From Eledone cirrhosa (taxonomy: Eukaryota): a DNA stretch of 64,000 nt. Positions 14,728 to 26,508 of this stretch are shown piece after piece; the first letter of the stretch is position 1, and every line of letters starts with the position of its first letter. The notes below the pieces were generated by a model. That model did no database searches. It worked only from the letters and a program-made list of their open reading frames with translations, and was not told the DNA's origin. The stretch spans positions 31,062,001 through 31,126,000 of the forward strand of contig OZ024748.1 of the NCBI GenBank assembly GCA_964016885.1. Reading direction: 5' to 3'. Both the position numbers and the translations under genes were made by a program.

Positions 14728-17700
14728 AAGTCTAAGGCTTCGTGTTGGGATTTAAGTCTATGTCTATGGCTATGGTTTTGGGTTTAAGTCTAAGACTAAG
14801 GCTTGGGGTTACGGTTTAAGTCTAATGCTTGGTATTGGTTTTAAGTCTAAGTCTAATGCTAGTGGTTGAGGTTTAAGTCTAAGTCTATGTTTTGGGGTTG
14901 GGGTTTAAGTCTATGTCTAAGGCTTGGTGTTGGGGTTTAAGTCTAAGTCTAAGACTTAGGGTTGGGGTTTAAATCTATGTCTAAGGCTTGGTGTTGGGTT
15001 TAAGTCTACGGGTTGAGGTTATGGTTTAATTCTAAGGCTTGGATTTGGGGCTTAAGTCTAAGTCTAATGCTAGAGGGTGGGGTTTAAGTCTAAGACTAAG
15101 AATTGGGATTGGGGTTTAAGTCTAAGTCTAAGGCTTGGAGTTCGGGTTTAAATCTAAGTGTAACTCTTGTGGTTGGGGTTTAAATCTAAGGATTAGGATT
15201 TAAATATAAGGATGGGTGTTGGGGTTTAAGGCTAAGTCTGGTAGGGGTTTATGTCTAAGTGTAAGGCATGGGGTTAGGGTTTAAGTCTAAGTCTGAGGCT
15301 TGGGGTTGGGGTTTAAATCTAAGTGTAAGTCTTGTGGTTGGGTTTAAGTCTATGTCTAAGGGTTGGTGTTCGGATTTAAATTTATGTCTAAGGCTTTGGT
15401 TTTGGGTTTAAGTCTAAGTCTAAGGTTTGGGGGTTGGTCTTTAAGCCTAAGTCTATGTTTTGGGGTTGGGTTTAAGTCTAAGTCTAAGGCTTAGGGTTGG
15501 GGTTTAAATCTATGTCTAAGGGTTGGGGTTGGGTTTAAGGCTAACTCTAAGGATTGGTGTTGGGTTTAAGTCTACGTCTTGTGGTTATGGTTTAATTCTA
15601 AGGCTTGGATTTGGGGCTTAATTCTAAGACTAAGAATTGGGGTCGGGGTGTAAGTCTAAGACTAAGGCTTGGGGTTCGGGTTTAAGTCTAAGTCTAAGGC
15701 TTTGTATTGAGGTTTAAGTTTAAGTCTAAGGCTGTGGTTTAAGTCGAATGCTTGGGGTTACGGTTTAAGTCTAAAGCTTGGTGTTGGCTTTAAGTCTAAG
15801 TCTAACGCTAGTAGTTGAGGTTTAAGTCTGAGTCTATGTTTCGGTGTTGGGGTTTAAGTCTAAGTCTAAGGCTTAGGGTTGGGGTTTACATCTATGTCTA
15901 AGGCTTGGTGTTGGGGTGTAAGTCTAAGTCTAAGGCTTGTGGTTGGGGTTTAAATCTATGTCTAAGGCTTGGGGTTTAAGTCTAAGTCTAAATCTTAATG
16001 TTGGGGATTAAGTCTAAAGCTAAGGCTTAGGTTCGGGGTTAAGTTTAATTCTAAGGCTTTGGGTTTAGGTTTAAATCTAAGTATAAGGCTTGGTGTTGGG
16101 GATTATGTCTATGACTAAGGCTTTGGGTTTTGGTTTAAGTCTAAGTCTAAGGGCTGGGCTTGGTATTTAAATCTAAGTCTAAGGCTTGGGTGTCGAGGAT
16201 TATGTCTAAGTCTAAGGTTTGGTGTTGGGGTTTAAGTTTAAGTCTAAGGCTAGGAGTTGGTGTTTAAGTCAAAGTCTAAGGCTTGGTGTTGGGCTTTATG
16301 TCTAAGGCTTGTGGTTATGGTTTAATTCCGAGGATTGGAGTTGGGGTTTAAGTCTAAGTCTAAGGCTTGGGGTTGGGGTTTAAGTCTACGTCTAAGGCTT
16401 GAGGTTGGGGTTTAAATCTATGTCTATGGTTTGGGGTTTAAATCTAAGTTTAAGGCTTAAGGTTGGGGTTTAAGTCTACGTCTATAGCTTGTGGTTGTGT
16501 TTTATGTCGAAGTCTAAACTTGGGGTTGGGATTTAAGTCTATGTCTAGGGATGGGATTGGGGTTTAAGTGTAAGTCTAAGGCTTGGGGTTGGGGTTTAAG
16601 TCTAAGTCTAAGGCTTTGGGTTGGGGTTTAAGTATACGGGTTGGGCTAAGGCTTGGGGTTGTGGTTAGGTTGTAAGTCTAAAGATTGTTATTAGGGTTTA
16701 ATTCTAAGGCTTGAGGTTGTGGTTTAAGTCTATGTATAAGGCTTGAGGTTGGGGTTTAATTCTAAGTCTAAGGCTTTGGTTTGGTGTTAGTGTCTCCGTC
16801 TAAGGCTTGAGGTTTCAGCTTAAATCTAACTCTAATTCTTGGAGTGGGAGTTTAAGTCTAAGTCTAAGTTTTGGGGTTGGGGTTTAAGTCTAAGGCTTGC
16901 GGTTCGGGTTTAAATCTATGTCTAATTCTTGTGGTTGGGGTTTAAGTCTAAGTCTAAAGCTTGGGTTTGTGGTTTAAGTCTACGTCTAAGGGTTGGTTTA
17001 GGATTTAAGTCTAAGACTTGGGGTTAGGGTTTAAGTTTAAGTCTCAGGATTGTGATTGAGGTTTAAATTCTAAGTCTAAGGGTTGTGGTTTAAGTCTAAT
17101 CTAAGGCTTGAGGTTAGTGTTTAAGTCTAAGTCTAAGGCTTGGAGTTGGGGCTTAAGTCTAAGGCTTGTGGTTTGGGTTTAAATCTAAGGCTTGGAGTTG
17201 GGGTTTACGTCTAAGTCTAAAGTTTGGCGTTTGGGTTTAAGTCTAAATCGAAGTTTAAGTTTACGTCTAAGTTTAAGTTTACGTCTAAGTGTAAGGGTTG
17301 GGGTTTAAGTCTAAGGCTTGGGGTTGGGGTTGGGGTTTAAGTTTAAGTCTAATGCTTGGGGTTGGGATTTAAGTTTAAGTCTAAGGCTAGGAGTTGGGGT
17401 TCAAGTCTATGTCTAAGGCTTGGAGTTGGGGTTTAAGTCTAAGTCTAAGGCTTATAGTTGGGGTTTAAGTCTAAGTCTAAGGCTTGGTGTTAGCATTTAA
17501 GTCTAAGGTTTGGAGTTAGGGTTTAAGTCTAAGTCTAAATTTAGGGGTTGGGGTTTAAGTTTACGTCTAAGGCTAGGGGTTGTGGTTTAGTCTAAGTCTA
17601 AGGCTTGGCGTTTGCGTTTAATTCTAAGGCTTGTGTTTATGGTTTAATTCTAAGGCGTGTAGTTGGGTATTACGTCTAATTCTAAAGCTTGGGGTTGGGG

Positions 17701-20700
17701 TTTAAGTCGTAGTCTAAGGCTTGAGGTTGGGGTTTAAATCTATGTCTATGTCTTGGGGTTTAAGTCTAAGTCTAAGGCTTGGGTTTGGGGTTTAAGTCTA
17801 AATCTAAGGCTTGGTGTTGGGGTTATTTATCTAAGTCTAAGGCTTGGGGTAGGGTTTAAGTCTAAATGGAAAGCTTGGGTTTAGGGTGTAAGTGTAAATC
17901 TAAGGCTTGGATTTGATGTTTAAGTCTAAATCTTAGGCTTGGTTTGGGGTTTAAGTCTAAGATTAAGAATTGGGGTTGGGGTTTATGTCTAAGTCTTAGG
18001 GTTCGGGTTTAAATCTAAGACTAAGTCTTGTGGTTGGGGTTTAAGTCTAAGTCTGAGGCTTGGGTTTGTGGTTTAAGTCTAAGTCTAAGGGTTGGTTTAG
18101 GATTTAAGTCTAAGGCTTGTGGTTTAAGTATAATCCAAGGCTTGGGGTTAGATTTTAAGTCTAAGTCTAAGGCTTGGGGTTGGGGTTTAAGTCTAAATCT
18201 AAGTTTAAGATTATATCTAAGTCTAAGGGTTGGGGTTTAAGTCTAAGTCTGAGGCTTGGGGTTGGGGTTTAAGTCTAAGTCTAAGGCTAGGAGTTGGGGT
18301 TGAAATCTAAGTCTAACCTTGAGGTTGGAGTTTAACTCTAAATCTAAAGCTTGCAGTTCGGGTTCAAGTCTAAGGCTTGGCGTTAGGGTTTAAGTTTAAG
18401 TCTAAGGCTTGGGGTTAGGGTTGAATTGTAAGCTTTGGGTTGGTGTTTAAGTCTACCCCTAAGGCTTGAGGTTGGGGTTTAAGTGTAAGTCTAAGTTTAA
18501 GTTTACGTCTAAGTCTAATGGTTGGGGTTTAAGTGTAAGTCTAAGGCTTGGGGTTAGGGATTAAATCTAAGGCTTGGGGCTAGGGTTTAAGTCTAAGTCG
18601 AAGGGTTGGGGTTAGGCTTTAAGTGTAAGCCTTGGGTTGGGAGTTAAGTCTACGCCTAAGGCTTGAGGTTCGGGTTTAAGTCTAAGTCTAAGTTTAAGTT
18701 TACTTCTAACGCTAGGGGTTGGGCTTTAGTCTAAGTCTAAGTCTAAGGCTGGGGGTTGCGGTTTAAGTCTAAGTCTAAGCCTTTGGGTTGGCGTTCATGT
18801 CTAAGTCTAAGGCTTGGGGTGGGGTTTAATTCTAAGGCTCGGGGTTCGGGTTTAAGTCTAAGTCTAAGGCTATGAGTTTGGGTTCAAATCTAAGTCTAAA
18901 CTTTGGGGTTGGGGTTTAAGTCTAAGTCTAAAGCTTGCAGTTGGGGTTCAAGTCTAAGGCTTGAAGTTTGGGTTTAAGTCTAAGGCTTGGGGTTACGGTT
19001 TAAGTCTAAGGCTTGGTGTTGGCTTTAACTCTAAGTCTAATGATAGTGGTTGAGGTTTAAGTCTAAGTCTATGATTTGGGGTTGGGGTTTAAGTCTATGT
19101 CTAAGGCTAGGTGTTGGGGTTTAAGTATAAGTTTAAAGCTTAGGGTTGGGGTTGAAATCTATGTCTAAGCATTGGTGTTGGGGTTTAAATCTAACTCTAA
19201 GACTTGGGGTTGGTGTTTAAGTCTAAGTATAAGGCTTGTAGTTGTGGTTTAAGTCTAAGCCTTGCGGTTCGGGTTTAAATCTAAGTCTAATTCTTGTGGT
19301 TGGGGTTTAAGTCTAAGTCTAAAGCTTGGGTTTGTGGTTTAAGTCTAAGTCTAAGGGTTGGTTTAGGATTTAAGTCTAAGACATGGGGTTAGGGTTTAAG
19401 TTTAAGTCTCAGGATTGGGATTGAGGTTTAAATTCTAAGTCTAAGGCTTGTGGTTTAAGTTTAATATAAGGCTTGTGGTTAGGGTTTAAGTCTAAGTCTA
19501 AGGCTTGGAGTTGGTGCTTAAGTCTAAGGCTTGTGGTTTGGGTTTAAATCTAAGGCTTGGAGTTGGGGTTTACGGCTAAGTCTAAAGTTTGCCGTTGGGG
19601 TTTAAGTCTAAATCTAAGTTTAAGTTTACGTCTAAGTCTAAGGGTTGGGGTTTAAGTCTAAGTCTGAGGCTTGGGGTTGGGGTTTAAGTCTAAGGCTTTG
19701 GGTTAGGGATTAAGTGTAATCTTTGGGTTGGGGTTTAAGTCTACGCCTAATGCTTGAGGTTGGGGTTTAAGTCTAAGTCTAATTTTAAGTTTACCTCTAA
19801 GGCTAGCGGTCGGGGTTTAGTCTAAGTCTGAGGGTTGGTGTTTAAGTCTAAGACTAAGTTTAAGGCTGGGGGTTGGGGTTTAAGTGTAAGTCTAAGCCTT
19901 TGGGTTGGGGTTTAAATCTATGTCCAAGGGTTGGGGTTGGGGTTTAAGTCTAAGTCTAAGGCTTGGGGTTGGGGTTTATGTTTAAGTGTTTTTGTTATGG
20001 GTTAATTCTAAGGCTTGTAGTTGGGGTTTAAATCTAAGTCTAAGGCTTGGGGTTGGGGTTGAAGTCTAAGTCTAAGGCTTGTGGTTCGGGTTTAAATCTA
20101 TGTCTATGGCTTGGGTTTTAAGTCTAAGTCTAAGACTTAATGTCTAAGGCTAGGTGTTTTGGTTTGGGGTACGGATTTAATTCTAATTCTAAGGCTTGGG
20201 TTGGGGTTTAAGTCTAAATCTAAGGTTTGGGGTTGGGGTGTATGTGTAAGTCTAAGGCTTGCGCTTGCGCTTCAAGTCTAACTCTAAGGCTTGGGCTTGG
20301 GGTGTAAGTCTAAGTCTAAGGCTTGTGGTTGGGGTTTAAATCTATGTCTAAGGCTTGGGGTTTAAGTCTAAGTCTAAATCTTAATGTTGGGGATTAAGTC
20401 TAAAGCTAATGCTTGGGTTCGGGGTTAAGTTTAATTCTAAGGCTTTGGGTTTAGGTTTAAATCTAAGTATAAGGCTTGGTGTTGGGGATTATGTCTATGA
20501 CTAAGGCTTTGGGTTGTGGTTTAAGTCTAAGTCTAAGGGCTGGGCTTGGTATTTAAATCTAAGTCTAAGGCTTGGGTGTCGAGGATTATGTCTAAGTCTA
20601 AGGCTTGGTGTTGGGGTTTAAGTTTAAGTCTAAGGCTAGGAGTTGGTGTTTAAGTCAAAGTCTAAGGCTTGGTGTTGGGCTTTATGTCTAAGGCTTGTGG

Positions 20701-23700
20701 TTATGGTTTAATTCCGAGGATTGGAGTTGGGGTTTAAGTCTAAGTCTAAGGCTTGGGGTTGGGGTTTAAGTCTACGTCTAAGGCTTGAGGTTGGGGTTTA
20801 AATCTATGTCTATGGCTTGGGGTTTAAATCTAAGTTTAAGGCTTAAGGTTGGGGTTTAAGTCTACGTCTAAAGCTTGGGTTTGTGGTTTAAGTTTAAGTC
20901 TAAGGGTTGGTTTAGGATTTAAGTCTAAGACTTGGGGTTAGGGTTTTAGTTTAAGTCTCAGGATTGGGATTGAGGTTTAAATTCTAAGTCTAAGGCTTGT
21001 GGTTTAAGTCTAATCTAAGGCTTGTGGTTTGGGTTTAAATCTAAGGCTTGGAGTTGGGGTTTACGTTTAAGTCTAAAGTTTGGCGTTTGGGTTTAAGTCT
21101 AAATCGAAGTTTAAGTTTACGTCTAAGTCTAAGGGTTGGGGTTTAAGTCTAAGGCTTGGGGTTGGGGTTTAAGTTTAAGTCTAAGGCTTGGGGTTAGAGA
21201 TTAAGTGTAAGCTTTGTGTTGGGGTTTAAGTCGACGCCTAAGGCTTGAGGTTGGGGTTTAAGTCTAAGTCTAAGTTTAAGTTTACCTCTAAGGCTAGGCG
21301 TTGGGGTTTAGTCTAAGTCTAAGGGTTGGTGTTTAAGTCTCAGACTAAGTCTAAGGCTGGGGGTTTGGGTTTAAGTCTAAGTCTAAGGCTTGGGGTTGGG
21401 GTTTATGTTTAAGGCTTGTGGTTATGTGTTAATTCTAAGGCTTGGAGTTGGGGTTTAAATCTAAGTCTAAGGCTTGTGGTTGAGGTTTAAATCTATGTCT
21501 AAGGCTTGGCGTTTAAGTCTAAGTCTAAATCTTAATGTTGGGGATTAAGTCTAAAGCTAAGGCTTGGGTTCGGGGTTAAGTTTAATTCTAAGGCTTTGGG
21601 TTTAGGTTTAAATCTAAGTATAAGGCTTGGTGTTGGGGATTATGTCTATGACTAAGGCTTTGGGTTTTGGTTTAAGTCTAAGTCTAAGGGCTGGGCTTGG
21701 TATTTAAATCTAAGTCTAAGGCTTGGGTGTCGAGGATTATGTCTAAGTCTAAGGTTTGGTGTTGGGGTTTAAGTTTAAGTCTAAGGCTAGGAGTTGGTGT
21801 TTAAGTCAAAGTCTAAGGCTTGGTGTTGGGCTTTATGTCTAATGTTTGTGGTTATGGTTTAATTCCGAGGATTGGAGTTGGGGTGTAAGTCTAAGTCTAA
21901 GGCTTGGGGTTGGGGTTTAAATCTATGTCTATGGCTTGGGGTTTAAATATAAGTTTAAGGCTTAAGTTTGGGGTTTATGTCTACGTCTAAAGCTTGTGGT
22001 TGTGTTTTATGTCGAAGTCTAAACTTGGGGTTGGGATTTAAGTCTATGTCTAGGGATGGGATTGGGGTTTAAGTGTAAGTCTAAGGCTTGGGGTTGGGGT
22101 TTAAGTCTAAGTCTAAGGCTTTGTGTTGGGGTTTAAGTATACGGGTTGGGCTAAGGCTTGTGGTTGTGGTTAGGTTGTAAGTCTAAAGATTGTTATTAGG
22201 GTTTAATTCTAAGGCTTGAGGTTGTGGTTTAAGTCTATGTATAAGGCTTGAGGTTGGGGTTTAATTCTAAGTCTAAGGCTTTGGTTTGTTGTTTGTGTCT
22301 CCGTCTAAGGCTTGAGGTTTCAGCTTAAATCTAACTCTAATTCTTGGAGTGGGGGTTTAAGTCTAAGTCTAAGTTTTGGGGTTGGGGTTTAAGTCTAAGG
22401 CTTGCGGTTCGGGTTTAAATCTATGTCTAATTCTTGTGGTTGGGGTTTAAGTCTAAGTCTAAAGCTTGGGTTTGTGGTTTAAGTCTACGTCTAAGGGTTG
22501 GTTTAGGATTTAAGTCTAAGACTTGGGGTTAGGGTTTAAGTTTAAGTCTCAGGATTGGGATTGAGGTTTAAATTCTAAGTCTAAGGCTTGTGTTTTAAGT
22601 CTAATCTAAGGCTTGAGGTTAGTGTTTAAGTCTAAGTCTAAGGCTTGGAGTTGGGGCTTAAGTCTAAGGCTTGTGGTTTGGGTTTAAATCTAAGGCTTGG
22701 AGTTGGGGTTTACGTTTAAGTCTAAAGTTTGGCGTTTGGGTTTAAGTCTAAATCGAAGTTTAAGTTTACGTCTAAGTCTAAGGGTTGGGGTTTAAGTCTA
22801 AGGCTTGGGGTTGGGGTTTAAGTTTAAGTCTAAGGCTTGGGGTTAGAGATTAAGTGTAAGCTTTGTGTTGGGGTTTAAGTCGACGCCTAAGGCTTGAGGT
22901 TGGGGTTTAAGTCTAAGTCTAAGTTTAAGTTTACCTCTAAGGCTAGGCGTTGGGGTTTAGTCTAAGTCTAAGGGTTGGTGTTTAAGTCTCAGACTAAGTC
23001 TAAGGCTGGGGGTTTGGGTTTAAGTCTAAGTCTAAGGCTTGGGGTTGGGGTTTATGTTTAAGGCTTGTGGTTATGTGTTAATTCTAAGGCTTGGAGTTGG
23101 GGTTTAAATCTAAGTCTAAGGCTTGTGGTTGAGGTTTAAATCTATGTCTAAGGCTTGGCGTTTAAGTCTAAGTCTAAATCTTAATGTTGGGGATTAAGTC
23201 TAAAGCTAAGGCTTGGGTTCGGGGTTAAGTTTAATTCTAAGGCTTTGGGTTTAGGTTTAAATCTAAGTATAAGGCTTGGTGTTGGGGATTATGTCTATGA
23301 CTAAGGCTTTGGGTTTTGGTTTAAGTCTAAGTCTAAGGGCTGGGCTTGGTATTTAAATCTAAGTCTAAGGCTTGGGTGTCGAGGATTATGTCTAAGTCTA
23401 AGGTTTGGTGTTGGGGTTTAAGTTTAAGTCTAAGGCTAGGAGTTGGTGTTTAAGTCAAAGTCTAAGGCTTGGTGTTGGGCTTTATGTCTAATGTTTGTGG
23501 TTATGGTTTAATTCCGAGGATTGGAGTTGGGGTGTAAGTCTAAGTCTAAGGCTTGGGGTTGGGGTTTAAATCTATGTCTATGGCTTGGGGTTTAAATATA
23601 AGTTTAAGGCTTAAGTTTGGGGTTTATGTCTACGTCTAAAGCTTGTGGTTGTGTTTTATGTCGAAGTCTAAACTTGGGGTTGGGATTTAAGTCTATGTCT

Positions 23701-25965
23701 AGGGATGGGATTGGGGTTTAAGTGTAAGTCTAAGGCTTGGGGTTGGGGTTTAAGTCTAAGTCTAAGGCTTTGTGTTGGGGTTTAAGTATACGGGTTGGGC
23801 TAAGGCTTGTGGTTGTGGTTAGGTTGTAAGTCTAAAGATTGTTATTAGGGTTTAATTCTAAGGCTTGAGGTTGTGGTTTAAGTCTATGTATAAGGCTTGA
23901 GGTTGGGGTTTAATTCTAAGTCTAAGGCTTTGGTTTGTTGTTTGTGTCTCCGTCTAAGGCTTGAGGTTTCAGCTTAAATCTAACTCTAATTCTTGGAGTG
24001 GGGGTTTAAGTCTAAGTCTAAGTTTTGGGGTTGGGGTTTAAGTCTAAGGCTTGCGGTTCGGGTTTAAATCTATGTCTAATTCTTGTGGTTGGGGTTTAAG
24101 TCTAAGTCTAAAGCTTGGGTTTGTGGTTTAAGTCTACGTCTAAGGGTTGGTTTAGGATTTAAGTCTAAGACTTGGGGTTAGGGTTTAAGTTTAAGTCTCA
24201 GGATTGGGATTGAGGTTTAAATTCTAAGTCTAAGGCTTGTGTTTTAAGTCTAATCTAAGGCTTGAGGTTAGTGTTTAAGTCTAAGTCTAAGGCTTGGAGT
24301 TGGGGCTTAAGTCTAAGGCTTGTGGTTTGGGTTTAAATCTAAGGCTTGGAGTTGGGGTTTACGTCTAAGTCTAAAGTTTGGCGTTTGGGTTTAAGTCTAA
24401 ATCGAAGTTTAAGTTTACGTCTAAGTTTAAGTTTACGTCTAAGTCTAAGGGTTGGGGTTTAAGTCTAAGGCTTGGGGTTGGGGTTTAAGTTTAGGTCTAA
24501 GACTTGGGGTTAGAGATTAAGTGTAAGCTTTGGGTTGGGGTTTAAGTCGACGCCTAAGGCTTGAGGTTGGGGTTTAAGTCTAAGTCTAAGTTTAAGTTTA
24601 CCTCTAAGGCTATGCGTTGGGGTTTAGTCTAAGTCTAAGGGTTGGTGTTTAAGTCTCAGACTAAGTCTAAGGCTGGGGGTTTGGGTTTAAGTCTAAGTCT
24701 AAGCCTTTGGATTGGGGTTTAAATCTATGTCTAAGGGTTGGGGTTGGGGTTTAAGTCTAAGTCTAAGGCTTGGGGTTGGGGTTTATGTTTAAGGCTTGTG
24801 GTTATGTGTTAATTCTAAGGCTTGGAGTTGGGGTTTAAATCTAAGTCTAATGCTAGTGGTTGGGGTTTAAGTCTAAGTCTAAGGCTTGGGTTTCGGGTTT
24901 AAATCTATGTCAATGGCTTGGGTTTTAAGTCTAAGTCTAAGATTTAATGTTGGGTTTTAAGTCTAATTCTAAGGCTAGGTGTTTTGGTTTGGGGTACGGA
25001 TTTAATTCTAATTCTAAAGCTTGGGTTGGGGTTTAAGTCTAAATCTAAGGCTTGGTGTTGCGGTGTATGTGTAAGGCTAAGGCTTGCGCTTGTGCTTCAA
25101 GTCTAACTCTGAGGCTTGGGCTTGGGCTTGGGGTGTAAGTCTAAGTCTAAGATTTGTGGTTGGGGTTTAACTCTATGTCTAAGGCTTGCGGTTTAAGTCT
25201 AAGTCTAAATCTTAATGTTGGGGATTAAGTCTAAGTCTAAGGCTTGGGTTCGGGTTTAAATTTAATTCTAAGGCTTTGGGTTTAGGTTTAAGTCTAAGTC
25301 TAAGGCTTGGTGTTGGGGATTATGTCTATGACTAAGGCTTTGGGTTGTGGTTTAAGTCTAAGTCTAAGGCCTGGGCTTGGTATTTAAATCTAAGTATAAG
25401 GCTTGGGTGTCGAGGATTATGTCTAAGTCTAAGGCTTGGGGTTGGGGTTTTAGTTTAACTCTAAGGATAGGAGTTGGTGTTTAAGTCTAAGTCTAAGGCT
25501 TGGTGTTGGGCTTTATGTCTAAGGCTTGTGGTTATGGTTTAATTCTGAGGCTTGGAGTTGGGGTTTAAGTCTAAGTCTAATGCTAGTGGTTGGGGTTTAA
25601 GCCTAAGTCTAAAGCTTGGGGTTGGGGTTTAAGTCTACGTCTAAGGCTTGAGGTTGGGGTTTAAATCTATGTTTATGGCTTGGGGATTAAATCTAAGTTT
25701 AAGGCTTAAGGTTGGGGTTTAAGTCTACGTCTAAGGCTTGGGCTTGGGGTATAAGTCTAATTCTAAGGATAAGGTTGGGGTTCGTGTTTAATTCTAAGTC
25801 TAAGGCTTTGGTTTGGGGTTTAAGTTTAAGTCTAAAGCTACGGTTTGGAGTTTAAGTCTAATTCTAAGGCTTTGTGTAGAGGTTTAAGGCTACGACCAAG
25901 GCTTGGGTTTGGGGTTTAAATCTAAGTCTTATGCTTGTGGTTGGGGTTCAAGTCTAAGTCTAACG
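14728..25965 (-). repeat. Satellite A, right arm part 1, G-rich on + strand
   Basis: Reverse complement of the same monomer: AAGTCTAAGTCTAAGGCTTGGGGTTGGGGTTT. Confidence 0.97.
20870..24700 (-). repeat. Near-identical tandem higher-order repeat in satellite A, period 1649 bp
   Basis: Marker AAATCGAAG starts at 21101, 22750 and 24399. Marker GTATACGGG occurs at 22137 and 23786. All spacings are 1649 bp. Boundaries are approximate. Confidence 0.88.
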
Positions 25966-26508
25966 CTTAGACTTGAACCCCAACCACAAGCATAAGACTT
26001 AGATTTAAACCCCAACCTTAAGCCTTAGACTTAGATTTAAACCCCAAGCCATAGACATAGGTTTAAACCCCAACCTCAAGCCTTAGACGTAGACTGAAAC
26101 CCCAACCCCAAGTCTTAGACTTAGACTTAAACCCCAACCACTAGCATTAGACTTAGAATTAAACCCCAACTCCAAGCCTCAGAATTAAACCATAACCACA
26201 AGTCTTAGACATAAACCCCAACCTCAAGCCTTTGACATTGACTTAAACACCAACTTCTAGCCTTAGACTTAAACTTAAACCCCAACACCAAGCATTAAAT
26301 TTAGACTTAAACCTAAACCCAAAGCCTTTGAATTTAATTTAAACCACAACCCGAAGACTTAGATTTAGCCTTAAACCCGAACCCCAAGCCTTAGACTTGG
26401 GCTTAATCCCCAACATTAAGCTTTAGACTTAGACTTAAACCCCAAGCCTTAGACATAGATTTAAACCCCAACCACAAGTCTTAGACTTATACTTACACCC
26501 CAAGCCCA
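25966..26508 (+). repeat. Locally inverted block of satellite A, C-rich on + strand
   Basis: Orientation switches at ...AGTCTAAG TCTAACG CTTAGACT... and switches back at ...CAAGCCCA CGTCTAATGC... Confidence 0.93.

Noticed and set aside
14700-14760. Telomere-telomere fusion site
   Set aside because: Polarity is C-rich then G-rich, opposite to a fusion, and there are no pure telomeric tracts.
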